A stretch of 64,000 nucleotides of DNA from Octopus vulgaris (taxonomy: Eukaryota), in assembly GCA_951406725.2 (NCBI GenBank), contig OX597839.1:37138001-37202000 (forward strand). Reading direction: 5' to 3'. The position numbers and the translations under genes were made by a program. Numbering within the stretch: the first letter of the stretch is position 1; every line of letters starts with the position of its first letter. Shown here in pieces: positions 24,591 to 37,729 of the stretch. Below the pieces are notes generated by a model. The model was given only the letters and a program-made list of their open reading frames with translations. It searched no databases and was not told the origin of the DNA.

Positions 24591-25171
24591 AGATCTACAT
24601 AGTTCTAGTCTAGTCAGTTTCTACATCACTAGATCTGTATAGCAGGGGCCAATACAGATCCTATATCGCAAAGACCACAAGGGTAAGTAGGGGAGAGAAA
24701 TAAATATATTGCAGGCAACTAGAAAGTGAGACAAGTAGTCAGGCTAGCAGACAGAGGAATATAGACAAGAATGAAAGATTGTTAATGGGGAAAATGACAT
24801 GTATTAGAGAGGAGAGGTGGAAAGAAAAAAAAGAGCTCTACAACAGAGAAGATAAAGCAATCAGAGAGGTTGTGTTATAGTCTAATGGGACAGATACATA
24901 GGAGTAGTATTACTAGTGGTGGTGGTGGTAGTGAGTAGTAGCAGCAGCAGCAGTAGTAGTAGTAGTAGCAGTAGTAATGGTGGTAGTGGTACTGCTGCAA
25001 GACAAGAAACAAACATAAAACAGAAGCAGAAGTTGAAGTAAAAAGAAGAATAACTGAAAGAAGACAAAACAAAACAAAAGAAGAAAATGGAACAAGGCTT
25101 ACAACAGAATGATCAAGAATTGCAGAAAGGAAGCAGAAATAAACTCCATCATTTTTGATGGGCACTACATG

Positions 25172-25203
<32 letters not shown>

Positions 25204-25234
25204 ATGTATATATATATATATATGTGTGTGTGTG

Positions 25235-25280
<46 letters not shown>

Positions 25281-25337
25281 TATACACACACATACATACA
25301 ATAACATTATCATAAACTGCTTTCATGTTTAAAAGTA

Positions 25338-25371
<34 letters not shown>

Positions 25372-25807
25372 AGGGGTAGGGTGTGGATACGTGTGTGTGT
25401 GTACTGATGTGCATATATGTGTGTATATAACACACAGACAAGTGTACATTTGTGTGTGCATATATTTGTGCATGAGTGTGTATGTTTATGAATATACATG
25501 TGTGCATATATATATAAATATAAATATATATATATAATAATAATAATATAAATAATACATATATATATATGCATATATACATACATATATGTACATACCT
25601 ACATATATATATATGTATATATACATGCATATATGGGATACAGGACATCAAAAACACGTTGAACACAATGAGAAATGAAAACATAAAAACAAAAACATAG
25701 AAACGAACTTTTTTTCGAACAACAAAAAAAACAGAGAACCGAGACATACAACATAAAGAATATTCCACTTCTTCAGTTGTCCCTGTTTCATATACTCCAC
25801 GTTTCAC

Positions 25808-25858
<51 letters not shown>

Positions 25859-25947
25859 CATATATACATACATACATATATACATACATACATCCATATA
25901 CATACATACATATATACATACATATATATATACATACATATATATAC

Positions 25948-25992
<45 letters not shown>

Positions 25993-26069
25993 CATATACA
26001 TACATATATACATACATATATACATATATATACATATATACATATATATACACATATATACATATATAT

Positions 26070-26133
<64 letters not shown>

Positions 26134-26142
26134 GATAGATAT

Positions 26143-26186
<44 letters not shown>

Positions 26187-26559
26187 ATAAACACACATAT
26201 ATATATATATATATCGCTTAGCTGAAAAGGAAGACAAAAGAGGTCATCCCATCTTTCATTTTCTGACCTAAATCAACTCTGAAATCGATGATTTAGCCTC
26301 AACCAACATTCCTCTTTGACAGATAGCTCTATGCAACTGCCCTCTTGTGTTGAGAAAAGATAACCTCTATCAGATGTGTGGAGCCGGTCACTTAGCTCTG
26401 CACCAACACTTCAGATACTACAAAGTACAACAATAACAACAATAATAATGATAATGTCATTCATGTGGTGGTGAAGGTGTACTAGCATGGTGTTATACTT
26501 TGGTGTGGTGACAAAAATTACACTTGGAACTTGACAAATATATATATATATATATATAT

Positions 26560-26736
26560 ATCTATACAATATGTTACATTACTCGGTAGTCAAGATAAAA
26601 CTCTGAGTTTCAGCGGCATCTGAAACTCAGAGTTTTATCTTGACTACCGAGTAATGTAACATATTGTATAGATAAATTTCCTCTATTTACATAATATTGA
26701 GGTCTCTTTCTTTCTTTTGTTATCTTACCGTTTTAT

Positions 26737-26740
<4 letters not shown>
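26560..26740. mobile_element. Family P3-related fold-back element
   Basis: Perfect ~50 bp arms TATACAATATGTTACATTACTCGGTAGTCAAGATAAAACTCTGAGTTTCAG / CTGAAACTCAGAGTTTTATC...; right part is the reverse complement of 33569-33645. Confidence 0.75.
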
Positions 26741-26770
<30 letters not shown>

Positions 26771-26773
<3 letters not shown>

Positions 26774-27682
26774 TAAACATACTGACATCTGCTCTGCTCA
26801 TAAACAGACACATACATATTATCATCATTATTTTAATGTCCACTTTTTTCGTGGTTGCGTGGGTCAGACAGAATTCATTGAGGTAGATTTTTCTGAGGCT
26901 GGATGTCCTTCCTGTTGCCAACCTTCACCTGTTTCTGTTTCCAAGCAAGACTATTTCCCCTTGGCCAAATATGTTTTCCCCAAAAATCTGGAAACAAAGA
27001 TCACCACTTGTATGACATTGATACTCATGTACAACCATCAGTGATGTCTAGACAATAATGCTCATATATGCATATACTACTATATATATATATATACATG
27101 TATATATACATGTACTCATATATATATATACATACATGTACACATATATATATAAAGATATATACATACATATATCTAAAATTTACAAAAAAAACCCAAA
27201 AGACGAAGACACGTGTATAAACAAGCAGGTGTATTAGTTTGACGCTCTGGAAAGTGAGAAAGTCCTTTATGTTTTGAGCCTACGCTCTTCAACAGAAAGG
27301 AACACAAGGAAACAGAGAGAATTAAAAAAACTTGTGGATTTAGCAGTCAATACACACACACACACACACACACATACACATATACACAATACACATTAGA
27401 TGGGCCTCTCAGTTTCTGCCTTCCAGATTTACTCAGAAGGTTTTGGTCAACCTGTGACTATTGTAGAAAACACCTGCACAAGGTGCTGCCCAGTGAGAGT
27501 GAACCTGAAATCACATGGTTGAGAAGCCAGCTTCTCAACCACTCATACACCTGCACCAATTTCTTCTCTTGTTATTGGTAAAATATTCTATATAATATGT
27601 TTTATTATGTTTTGGTTTTTCATAACATCATCATCATCCTCATCATCACCATTTAACGTCCAGTTTCCATTCTGGCATGAGT
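26771..27682 (+). repeat. Direct duplication copy 1 (~0.9 kb)
   Basis: Colinear with 28289-29278, including E, P2 and SINE A fragments. Confidence 0.92.
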
Positions 27683-28228
27683 CGAAATCGAATCGAACCA
27701 GCCAGGTTCCCTGGTCTGGTGGTACGTAAAAAGCACTATCCGACTCATGGCCGATGCCAGTGCCGCCTCCACTGGCTTCCGTGCCGGTGACACGTAAAAT
27801 ACACCAATCTGACCGTACAACAGGCACCCATGCCAACCCCCTTGCTTGCGAAGACATGTTGGGGCAAGCGAAATTGAAATCGAATTGAACCAGCCAGGAT
27901 CCCTGGTCTGGTGGTACGTAAAGCACCATCCGACTCGTGGCCGATGCCAGCACCGCCTCGTCTGGCTTCCGTGCCGGTGGCACATAAAATACACCAATCC
28001 GACCGTGGCCGTTGCCAGCCTCGCCTGGCACCTGTGCAGGTGGCACGTAAAAAGCACCCACTACACTCACGGAGTGGTTGGCATTAGGAAGGGCATCCAG
28101 CTGTAGAAACACTGCCAGATAAGACTGGAGCCTGGTGCAGCCTTCTGTCTTCCCAGATCCCCGGTCGAACCGTCCAACCCATGCTAGCATGGAGAACGGA
28201 CGTTAAACGACGATGATGATGATGATGA

Positions 28229-28230
<2 letters not shown>
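27683..28230 (+). mobile_element. RTE 3'UTR/family E insertion
   Basis: Internal GGTGGCACGTAAAAAGCACC-type repeats, GGTTGGCATTAGGAAGGGCATCCAGC, ends GGACGTTAAAC-(GAT)n running into (AT)n. Confidence 0.85.
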
Positions 28231-28288
<58 letters not shown>

Positions 28289-28291
<3 letters not shown>

Positions 28292-28307
28292 TAAACATAC
28301 TGACATC

Positions 28308-28350
<43 letters not shown>

Positions 28351-28644
28351 GCTCATCTGCTCTGCTATGAACAGACACATACATATTATCATCATTATTT
28401 TAATGTCCAATTTTTCATGGTGCATGGGTCAGACAGAATTCATTGAGGTAGATTTTCTGAGGCTGGATGTCCTTCCTGTTGCCAACCTTCACCTGTTTCT
28501 GTTTCCAAGTTCCAAGCAAGATTATTTCCCCTTGGCCAAACATGTTTTCCCCAAGAATCTGGAAACAAACCACTTGTATGACATTGATACTCATGTACAA
28601 CCATCAGTGATGTCTAGACAAGAATGCTCACATATGCATATACT

Positions 28645-28683
<39 letters not shown>

Positions 28684-28946
28684 GTACATATACATGCACA
28701 CACACACATATATATATATATATACATACATGTACACATATATATATATAAAGATATATACATACATATATCTAAAATTTACAAAAAAAACCCAAAAGAC
28801 GAAGACATGTGTATAAACAAGCAGGTGTATTAGTTTGACGCTCTGGAAAGTGAGAAAGTCCTTTATGTTTTGAGCCTACGCTCTTCAACAGAAAGGAACA
28901 CAAGGAAACAGAGAGAATTAAAAAAAACTTGTGGATTTAGCAGTCA

Positions 28947-28989
<43 letters not shown>

Positions 28990-29278
28990 TTAGATGGGCC
29001 TCTCAGTTTCTGCCTTCCAGATTTACTCAGAAGGTTTTGGTCAACCTGTGACTATTGTAGAAAACATCTGCACAAGGTGCTGCCCAGTGAGAGTGAACCT
29101 GAAATCACATGGTTGAGAAGCCAGCTTCTCAACCACTCACCCACACCTGCACCAATTTCTTCTCTTGTTATTGGTAAAATATTCTATATAATATGTTTTA
29201 TTATGTTTTGGTTTTTCATAACATCATCATCATCCTCATCATCACCATTTAACGTCCAGTTTCCATTCTAGCATGAGT
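28289..29278 (+). repeat. Direct duplication copy 2 (~1.0 kb)
   Basis: Colinear with 26771-27682; differs mostly by microsatellite lengths and small indels. Confidence 0.92.
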
Positions 29279-29519
29279 TGGACAGTTCAACAAGAGACGG
29301 TAAGCCAGAGAGCAACTCCAGGCTCTAATTATCTGTCTTGGCATGGTTTCTATGGCTGCATGCCCTTCATGACTCCAACCCCTTTACAAAGTTTACTGTG
29401 CCTTTTTACTTGTAAAAAACACCCCTTTACTGAGTGCTTCATGGCACCAGCACACAGGTCAAGCAATCCAACATGATATGACCATCCTAACTTATTCAGT
29501 ATCAGGACCCCACAAATAA

Positions 29520-30090
29520 TTAATATGAACTGATATCATAAAAAGAGAAAAGGTTGGTAAAAAAAGCCAGACTTGCTATCTTCCGTATGTTTTTCATGCC
29601 TATTCTCACCTTTGGTCATGAATGTAAGACACTGGCCAAAAGTATACGATTGTAAATATGAGTAACCATACTGGAGTTTGTCTGAAGGATCTGTGGAGTA
29701 ATGTTGCTCAACAGGGTAAGGTCAGGGATCAAGGAATCTCTCCAGATTGAGCCACTGCTTCTCTGTATTGAGAGGTCACAGCTCCAGTACTCTGGATATG
29801 TGATTAGAATCGCATGGACGAAAATTGCAAGACGAATTCTTCAAGCCAAGCTCTCTGACAGGAAACCTAAGGGTAGATCAAGAATGCGATGGTTGGATAA
29901 TATCCATAGTCTCAGTTAGTTATGCTTGAGAATCCAGTTGGAAAATGCCCTTTCTCCATAGGGTCTCATCAGAAGCAGGTTGCTTCTGATAGGACCCTAT
30001 GGATGAAGTGCCTGAGGACTCTACACGAACAACTCTCCCAAGAATAGTGGGTGTAAAAAATGGATGGATGGATGGATGGATGGATGGATG
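29520..30090 (+). mobile_element. Decayed RTE-clade (Rex3/Expander-like) LINE 3' fragment
   Basis: ILTFGHE...IKESLQIEPLLLCIERSQLQYSGYVIRI...RKPKGRSRMRWLDNI, then (TGGA)n tail at 30061. Confidence 0.8.
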
Positions 30091-30834
30091 TCATCAAGGA
30101 GACAAAATAAACAACAAAAAAACATGATAATGTAATCAACAGACATTGATTCCCACATTTTAAATTTAAGCTATAAGAAATCACATTTCCCTAATGAGAC
30201 CATTTCCATCCTGTACATGGCACTACATTTGCACTAAATTACTGCGGAATTATTTTCTTCCAATAAAAGCACAAAAACTAAAAACACTATAAACCGAACG
30301 ACAGATGCTCCGTGATGAAATTAGTAATGTAGTCACCAGACATTCACAAGAACAAAAAATTTCAACACTTTCCTTGACTTGTGATAGTTTTTGTCATATC
30401 ATCAGATTTTTTGAGGGTGGGATTTAGTAGTTGTCGGTAATGGTTTAGCAGAGGTAACAGAGATTCTAGTTAATTTCATATAGTATCCATGTCTTCTATC
30501 ATAGTTAGCATCAAAAAACTTTTATAATTATTGCCTGAATTCAAAATTATCTTGCAATCTTCCTTTCATCACAAGCTGGAACAATCTATTCGACACATAT
30601 ATATTAAATTATATTTTCATATATGACATAGGTAAAAAAATATATACATATTTATATAAATATGTATATAAATATATATTACATACATAATATATACACA
30701 CACTCACACACACACATATACATATGCATATATACATATATATATATATATATATGTGCGTGTGTGTTATATAGCAAATCCTGTGTGTACAGTTAAATGT
30801 ATGATTGCTGTTATATATTATATTAAATATGTAC

Positions 30835-31192
30835 TATGTATGTATGTATGTATGTATGTATGTATGTGTGTGTGTATGTATGTATGTATGTATGTATGTA
30901 TGTTTGTATGTATGTATGTTTGTATGTATGTATGTATGTATGTATGTATGCATGTATGCGTATGTATGTAAGTATATATGTATGTATGTATGTATGCATG
31001 TATGCGTATGTATGTATGTATGTATGTGTGTGTATGTATGTATGGATGTGTGTGTGTATGTATGTATGTGTGTGTGTATGTATGTGTGTATGTGAGTATG
31101 TATGTATGTATGTATGTATGTATGTATGTATGTATGTATGTATGTATGTATGTATGTATGTATGTATGTATGTGTGTGTGTGTATGTATGTA
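30835..31192. repeat. (TATG)n microsatellite
   Basis: Direct inspection. Confidence 0.95.
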
Positions 31193-31355
31193 TTATATGC
31201 TTCTTAATATCATTAGTATAGTTTCATAGCCGAACATGTGTGGCAGATGAGCTAATCAGAGACCAAGTTTTGAAACTGATACAATTAATGGTGAAAGAGT
31301 CATGACAGCCATTTACAAAACATATCCACACACATACATTTATATTCACTTTTGT

Positions 31356-31398
<43 letters not shown>

Positions 31399-31583
31399 TT
31401 TATTATGTGATGCCAAATTCTACCTTCAAACATCTGCAACATGCTCAGTGTATTCCACATGCTGCATAATAGAGTTTACAAAGACCAGGTCCTAAAAGGA
31501 CAGCAAGAATCTTTGATATTTCATATTGTTTGATACTGTCAAATGATACTAACAATACAAAATTGAAGTAAAAGATTAATATA

Positions 31584-31992
31584 GGCGCAGGAGTGGCTGT
31601 GTGGTAAGTAGCTTGCTAACCAACCACATGGTTCCGGGTTCAGTCCCACTGCGTGGCATCTTGGGCAAGTGTCTTCTGCTATAGCCCCGGGCCGACCAAT
31701 GCCTTGTGAGTGGATTTGGTAGACGGAAACTGAAAGAAGCCTGTCGTATATATGTATATATATATAAGTGTGTGTGTATATGTTTGTGTGTCTGTGTTTG
31801 TCCCCCTAGCATTGCTTGACAACCGATGCTGGTGTGTTTACGTCCCCGTCACTTAGCGGTTCGGCAAAAGAGACCGATAGAATAAGTACTGGGCTTACAG
31901 AGAATAAGTCCCGAGGTCGATTTGCTCGACTAAAGGCGGTGCTCCAGCATGGCCTCAGTCAAATGACTGAAACGAGTAAAAGAGTAAAGAGT

Positions 31993-31999
<7 letters not shown>
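31584..31999 (+). mobile_element. SINE family A, full length, young
   Basis: Nearly identical to 43562-43960 and 54801-55190. Confidence 0.92.
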
Positions 32000-32064
<65 letters not shown>

Positions 32065-32473
32065 GAAATGGCTAGCAGGAATATACCATACTGCTGCATA
32101 TGATATCGTAAATCCCACATCTTCTCTCTTTATCTTTCTTTATGTATGTATGTATGAATCTTCTGAATAATTACCAAATAGCAATTGAGACCAGCTGCAT
32201 AATTCTTCATAGTTGACATGGCATTAAGAAAAAGTACTAGTTTACTGTATGAAGAAAAGAGGGTAGTTACGGACATGTGCTTCTACTTCAATAAGTGTCA
32301 TAAGCACAACCACCGTTTAGCCTTATTTACAGTCACCAAGGGACTTAGGCATATAAAAAAAAAAGAGTAGAAAACATCTATGGCCTGGTTAATTTGCATA
32401 ATTTAAAATGAGTAAAGGAAAATTACTCGGAGTGGCCAGTGACATGTTTTTGAACAATACAGACAAATACAAG

Positions 32474-32710
32474 GGTAGTGAGCTGGCAGAATCGTTAGCA
32501 TGCTGGGCAAAATACTTAGTGGTATTTTGTCTGCCGTTATGTTCTGAGTTCAAACTCCGCCGAGGTTGACTTTGTCTTTCATCCTTTCGGGGTTGATGAA
32601 ATAAGTACCAGTTACGCACTGGGGTTGATGTAATCAACGTAATCCTTTTGTCTGTCCTTGTTTGCCCCCTCTATGTTTAGCCCCCTGTGGGCAATAAAGA
32701 GATAAATATA
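32474..32710 (+). mobile_element. SINE family B, full length
   Basis: Colinear with 4823-5060. Confidence 0.85.
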
Positions 32711-33024
32711 GGCAAATACAGGCTTATTATGTGCCATAATTGTGCTGCAGATAAAGCACCCTGTACAATTTTCCTTGTGACCGGTGTTCAGAAGGACATC
32801 CCACCATAGAAACTATGCTAAGGCAGACATTTGAACCCAGTGTGAACCTCTGGTCAGTCCAACCCATGACTGCATGGAAAACAGGTATTAAACAATGATG
32901 ATGATGATGATATTCATATTTAGATGTGTATATATATATATGTATTTGTGTGTGTGTGTGTAGATATATATGTATGCACAAACATATAGGAATACATGTT
33001 CTTCATTCATTGTATACACATACA

Positions 33025-33188
33025 GGCGTAGGAGTGGCTGTGTGGTAAGTAGCTTGCTTACCAACCACCACATGGTTCTGGGTTCAGTCCCACTGCATGG
33101 CACCTTGGGCAAGTGTCTTCTACTTTAGCCTCGGGCTGACCAAAGCCTTGTGCGTGGATTTGGTAGATGGAAACTGAAAGAAGCCCAT

Positions 33189-33243
<55 letters not shown>

Positions 33244-33470
33244 TAGTGTGTATATATGTTTGTGTGTCTGTGTTTGTCCCCCCAGCATCGCTTGACAACT
33301 GATGCTGGTGTGTTTACGTCCCCGTAACTTAGAGGTTCAGCAAAAGAGACCGATAGTATAAGTACAAGGCTTACAAAGAATAAGTCCTGGGGTCGATATG
33401 CTCGACTAAAGGCAGTACTCCAGCATGGCCACAGTCAAATGACTGACATATGTAAAAGAGTAAAAGAACA
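33025..33470 (+). mobile_element. SINE family A, full length
   Basis: Colinear with 31584-31999. Confidence 0.9.
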
Positions 33471-33568
33471 AAAGAAATATATGTGTGTGTGTGAGTGTAT
33501 GTGTGTATACGTATATATATATATGTGTGTGTGTGCGTATATATATACATACATACATATATGTATAT

Positions 33569-33769
33569 ATTGATAGAAATGGCAAGACAACAAAAGAATG
33601 AAAGAGACCTCGGTATTATGTAAATGGAGGAATTTATCTGTAAATGTAATATGCGACAATAATTTGATGGCCCAATAACTGAAGAGATGCTGGCGTGGGT
33701 TTCCACCCCGACATCCGACACTCGGAGTTTTATCATGGCTACCGAATAATTGTCACATATTATATTTAC

Positions 33770-33772
<3 letters not shown>
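33569..33772 (+). mobile_element. Family P3 element with mutated hammerhead (33675-33733)
   Basis: ATAA-CTGAAGA-GATG...CATC-C-GACA-CTCGGAG-TT-TTAT (GAAA changed to GACA) between imperfect inverted arms. Confidence 0.7.
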
Positions 33773-33814
<42 letters not shown>

Positions 33815-33928
33815 TGTATGTATGTATGTATGTATGCATATATGCATATGTGTGTATGTTTGTTCTTATGTTCAGCCACGACAGCTTCACTGGCCGAAAC
33901 TTCGAAGCCATTCTCAATAATATCTTTG

Positions 33929-33986
<58 letters not shown>

Positions 33987-33987
33987 G

Positions 33988-34018
<31 letters not shown>

Positions 34019-34023
34019 GTATA

Positions 34024-34084
<61 letters not shown>

Positions 34085-34115
34085 GTATATATGTATATAT
34101 ATATATATATATATA

Positions 34116-34298
34116 CACACCATGCATACAATGCAGAACTGCAGAACATACATATTGGTGGGGAGAAACATGGCAGCAACCTTCAGAAGTGATTTTGATT
34201 AATATGTAAATGGCGGAAGTTTATCAATAATGTAAGAACAATTGATTATTTCTCCTCTTCTTCCTTCTGATATATAAATGTGAGGGTGTGTGTGTGTT

Positions 34299-34329
<31 letters not shown>

Positions 34330-34481
34330 TTGTGTGTGTGTGTACATGATGATGATACACATACACACATATACATATCAACACACACACACATAATGGT
34401 GAACACACGCATGCAGAATATATGCATGCTTATTGTTTTTTCTCTATGTGTTTGCAACTGTACATACTGTGCACATGTATA

Positions 34482-34519
<38 letters not shown>

Positions 34520-34923
34520 TAATTATATTCCTACATCCATGTCTATACATATTATAATACAAATTCAGATGTCTACATATGAATCTATATATGTACACAC
34601 ATACATATGCTACACATTTACACAGACATACATATATACATAGGCATATATACATATAAATACACATGCACACACAAACGTGTGTATATATATATATATA
34701 TATATATAAACATACAAACATATATATACATAAATATATATATATATTCATACATATATATTATGTATATATATATATTCATACATATATATATGTATAT
34801 ATATATATACATACATATATATATGTATATATATATATACATACATATATTCATACATATATATATGTATATATATATACATATGTATATATATATATAC
34901 ATATATACATACACATATATATG

Positions 34924-34967
<44 letters not shown>

Positions 34968-35016
34968 TACATACACATATATATGTGTGTGTATATATAT
35001 ATATATATACACACAC

Positions 35017-35048
<32 letters not shown>

Positions 35049-35544
35049 GTGTGTGTATATATATATATATATACATATACATATACATATATATATATAT
35101 ATACATATATACATGCAAATATATATGATAATATATATATATAATCCCATGTTTTCTCTCATACATACGATAGGGATGTATTGGAGCTGGTGGGTGGTGT
35201 GAATAAGTAGCAGAAGTAATGTTTGCAGGAAGAATGGTGCCAATTTCATGTAATTCCATATATTATTAACGACACACAGACAAAAACGAATCTAATAGAA
35301 AAGTTGCCAACTCTGAAGAAATCATGCAATGACCTAAGTTCTGTCAAACCGTTTCTTCTTTCGAGAATTCCTCTCGAGATGAGAAGCAAAGATACAGCAT
35401 CGTGTTTTAGAATATATAGCACCGATAATATAAGGAACGGTAATATTATTTTATGCAAAATATAATGAAATAGATATATGCTCACATACAGAATACATAC
35501 ACTGACACACACAAACATTGATGTTCACACATGTAAATACATAC

Positions 35545-35610
<66 letters not shown>

Positions 35611-36092
35611 ATATACATATACATACATATACATATATACATATATATACATATACATATATATATATACATATATACATATACATATATATATATACAT
35701 ATATACATATACATATATATATATACATATATATACATAGTTAATCCAAACAAGAAAACACAATAAAACACAACAACGCGAGGACGTGGAACAAATATAG
35801 TATTATTGGACGCTCAGGAAGGAAGGAAAGAAGGAGGGTTTAACGTTTCGAGCGGAGCTCTTCATCGGAAACATAGGAGAAGGAAAGATCCAGAGAAGGG
35901 AAGACAGAGGAAAAAAAAAAAAAAAAAAAAATCGCCAACGGTACACACGAGGTCACACTTTGAAATATACACACACATTCATACATATACATACATCTAC
36001 ACACACATATATAAACATGCACATACACACACACACATACACATACATAATACACCAATATATAAGTTCTGCAGTTCTGCATTGTATGCATG

Positions 36093-36097
<5 letters not shown>
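34116..36097. repeat. 45 bp inverted repeat pair bracketing ~1.9 kb
   Basis: CACACCATGCATACAATGCAGAACTGCAGAACATACATATTGGTG at 34116-34160; reverse complement with 2 mismatches at 36053-36097. Confidence 0.8.
35738..35965 (-). mobile_element. Family P1 element with hammerhead-like motif (35838-35872)
   Basis: Minus strand GTTT-CCGATGA-A-GAGC-TCC-GCTC-GAAA-CGTT-AAAC. Confidence 0.7.
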
Positions 36098-36166
<69 letters not shown>

Positions 36167-36554
36167 ACATACATAAATGTGTGTGTGTGTATTCTTTATC
36201 TGTTAATTCTTTTGTTGTGTGTTTTGCATAGGATACAACACATACACACACACATTCTTACAAAGTAATGACAATGTCAAAATATATCTAAGAGTGATAA
36301 AAGTAATACGCACAAATAATATATTCATAATATATTCATAATCATGGATGAAGATAAATATATTGGAAAATAATTAACAGTTTATTCAATGACAAAAACA
36401 AATTTATAAGGATTCAGAAAGATAATACCTGCCAACCAATTAAATTGTTAGATTTAATAAACAAATTACAATGATAAACACACTAACAATATGTTCATTG
36501 CTTTCTCCACACTGAAGTAGGATTCATCCCACCTACACACACACACCTACACAG

Positions 36555-36790
36555 GGAGAATTCACAAAAAAACAAAAGACGAAGACAGCTGGTGTAGACA
36601 ACAAACAGATGTATTAGTATAAAGCTCGGGAAGTGAAAAAGTCTTTAATGTTTCGAGCCTACGCTCTTCCACAGAAAGGAACACAGAAAGAAACAAGGAG
36701 AGAAAATAAAGAATATGTATGGCTAGCGATCTATCATGGTGAATGCTGAACAGAAGGGTCACACAGGAGAGCTAGGGAGAAGGGGCACAC
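36555..36790 (-). mobile_element. Family P2 element with hammerhead-like motif (36643-36678)
   Basis: Minus strand CTTT-CTGTGGA-A-GAGC-GTAG-GCTC-GAAA-CATT-AAAG. Confidence 0.7.
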
Positions 36791-37729
36791 ATATATATAT
36801 ATACATACAAAATTTTGTATGTAAAAATATTTTAATCTTCGGATTTTTTTAATATGCTGGGCCACTGGTTTTAATTGATTAATATCAATTTCTACCCTTA
36901 TTAAATTTTATATATATACATACATACATACATATATACATGCATATATATAGACACATATATATACACATATATATATTTATGTATGTGTGTATATATA
37001 TATACATACATGTATATATATAAAAACACACATACACACACATATATATATACAAATATATAGATATATATACAGATACAAACACACACACACACTACAA
37101 AAGGAAAAGTTTACCTTGTACATTTTTTGCATTATTCCAGCTTTACACAGCAAATCTCTTTAAAGTTACACCACACAATATTTCACCAAAACTATGCCAT
37201 TTTTATTTATATGTGAAACAGTAGAAATTTGCAGCCAACCTACCTATCCAACCAGCCATCCTGAATTCTCTGTATCTCTTCTCTCTTTATCCACCCTGTT
37301 GAACCTTGAGCAGATACCCTGCAACCTTAGCTCCACCATCCTTTCTCCCTGTCCTGCTGGAGTATCCATGTATCACCTCAACAGCCAGTTACCGGTTCCT
37401 GTGCCTTCATCACACTGCCCCCAATTCTGTCTTGTGACTGAATCTTATGATTTACTTGGTGACCCCACTGGTGCTGGTACCATGTTAAAATAGTACCCAG
37501 TACTCTGGGAAGGGTACTCAGCCATAGAAACCATACAAAAGCAATGGAACCCAGCACAGTCCTCTGGATCATTGACTCCTATCGGACTATCCAATCCATG
37601 CCAGCATGGTAGGCAGATGTTAAATGATGATGATGTTGATGATAGTGATGATGAACTCATCCTCCTCCACCTCATAATACTTAAGTAAATACACTAACAG
37701 CAATATTTGTCAGTTAATTAGAAAACCTA

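Noticed and set aside
25635-25810. Penelope-LTR-like fragment with CTGAAGA and GAAAC on minus (also 52255-52480)
   Set aside because: Core motifs are in the wrong order or lack pairing stems, so no hammerhead called
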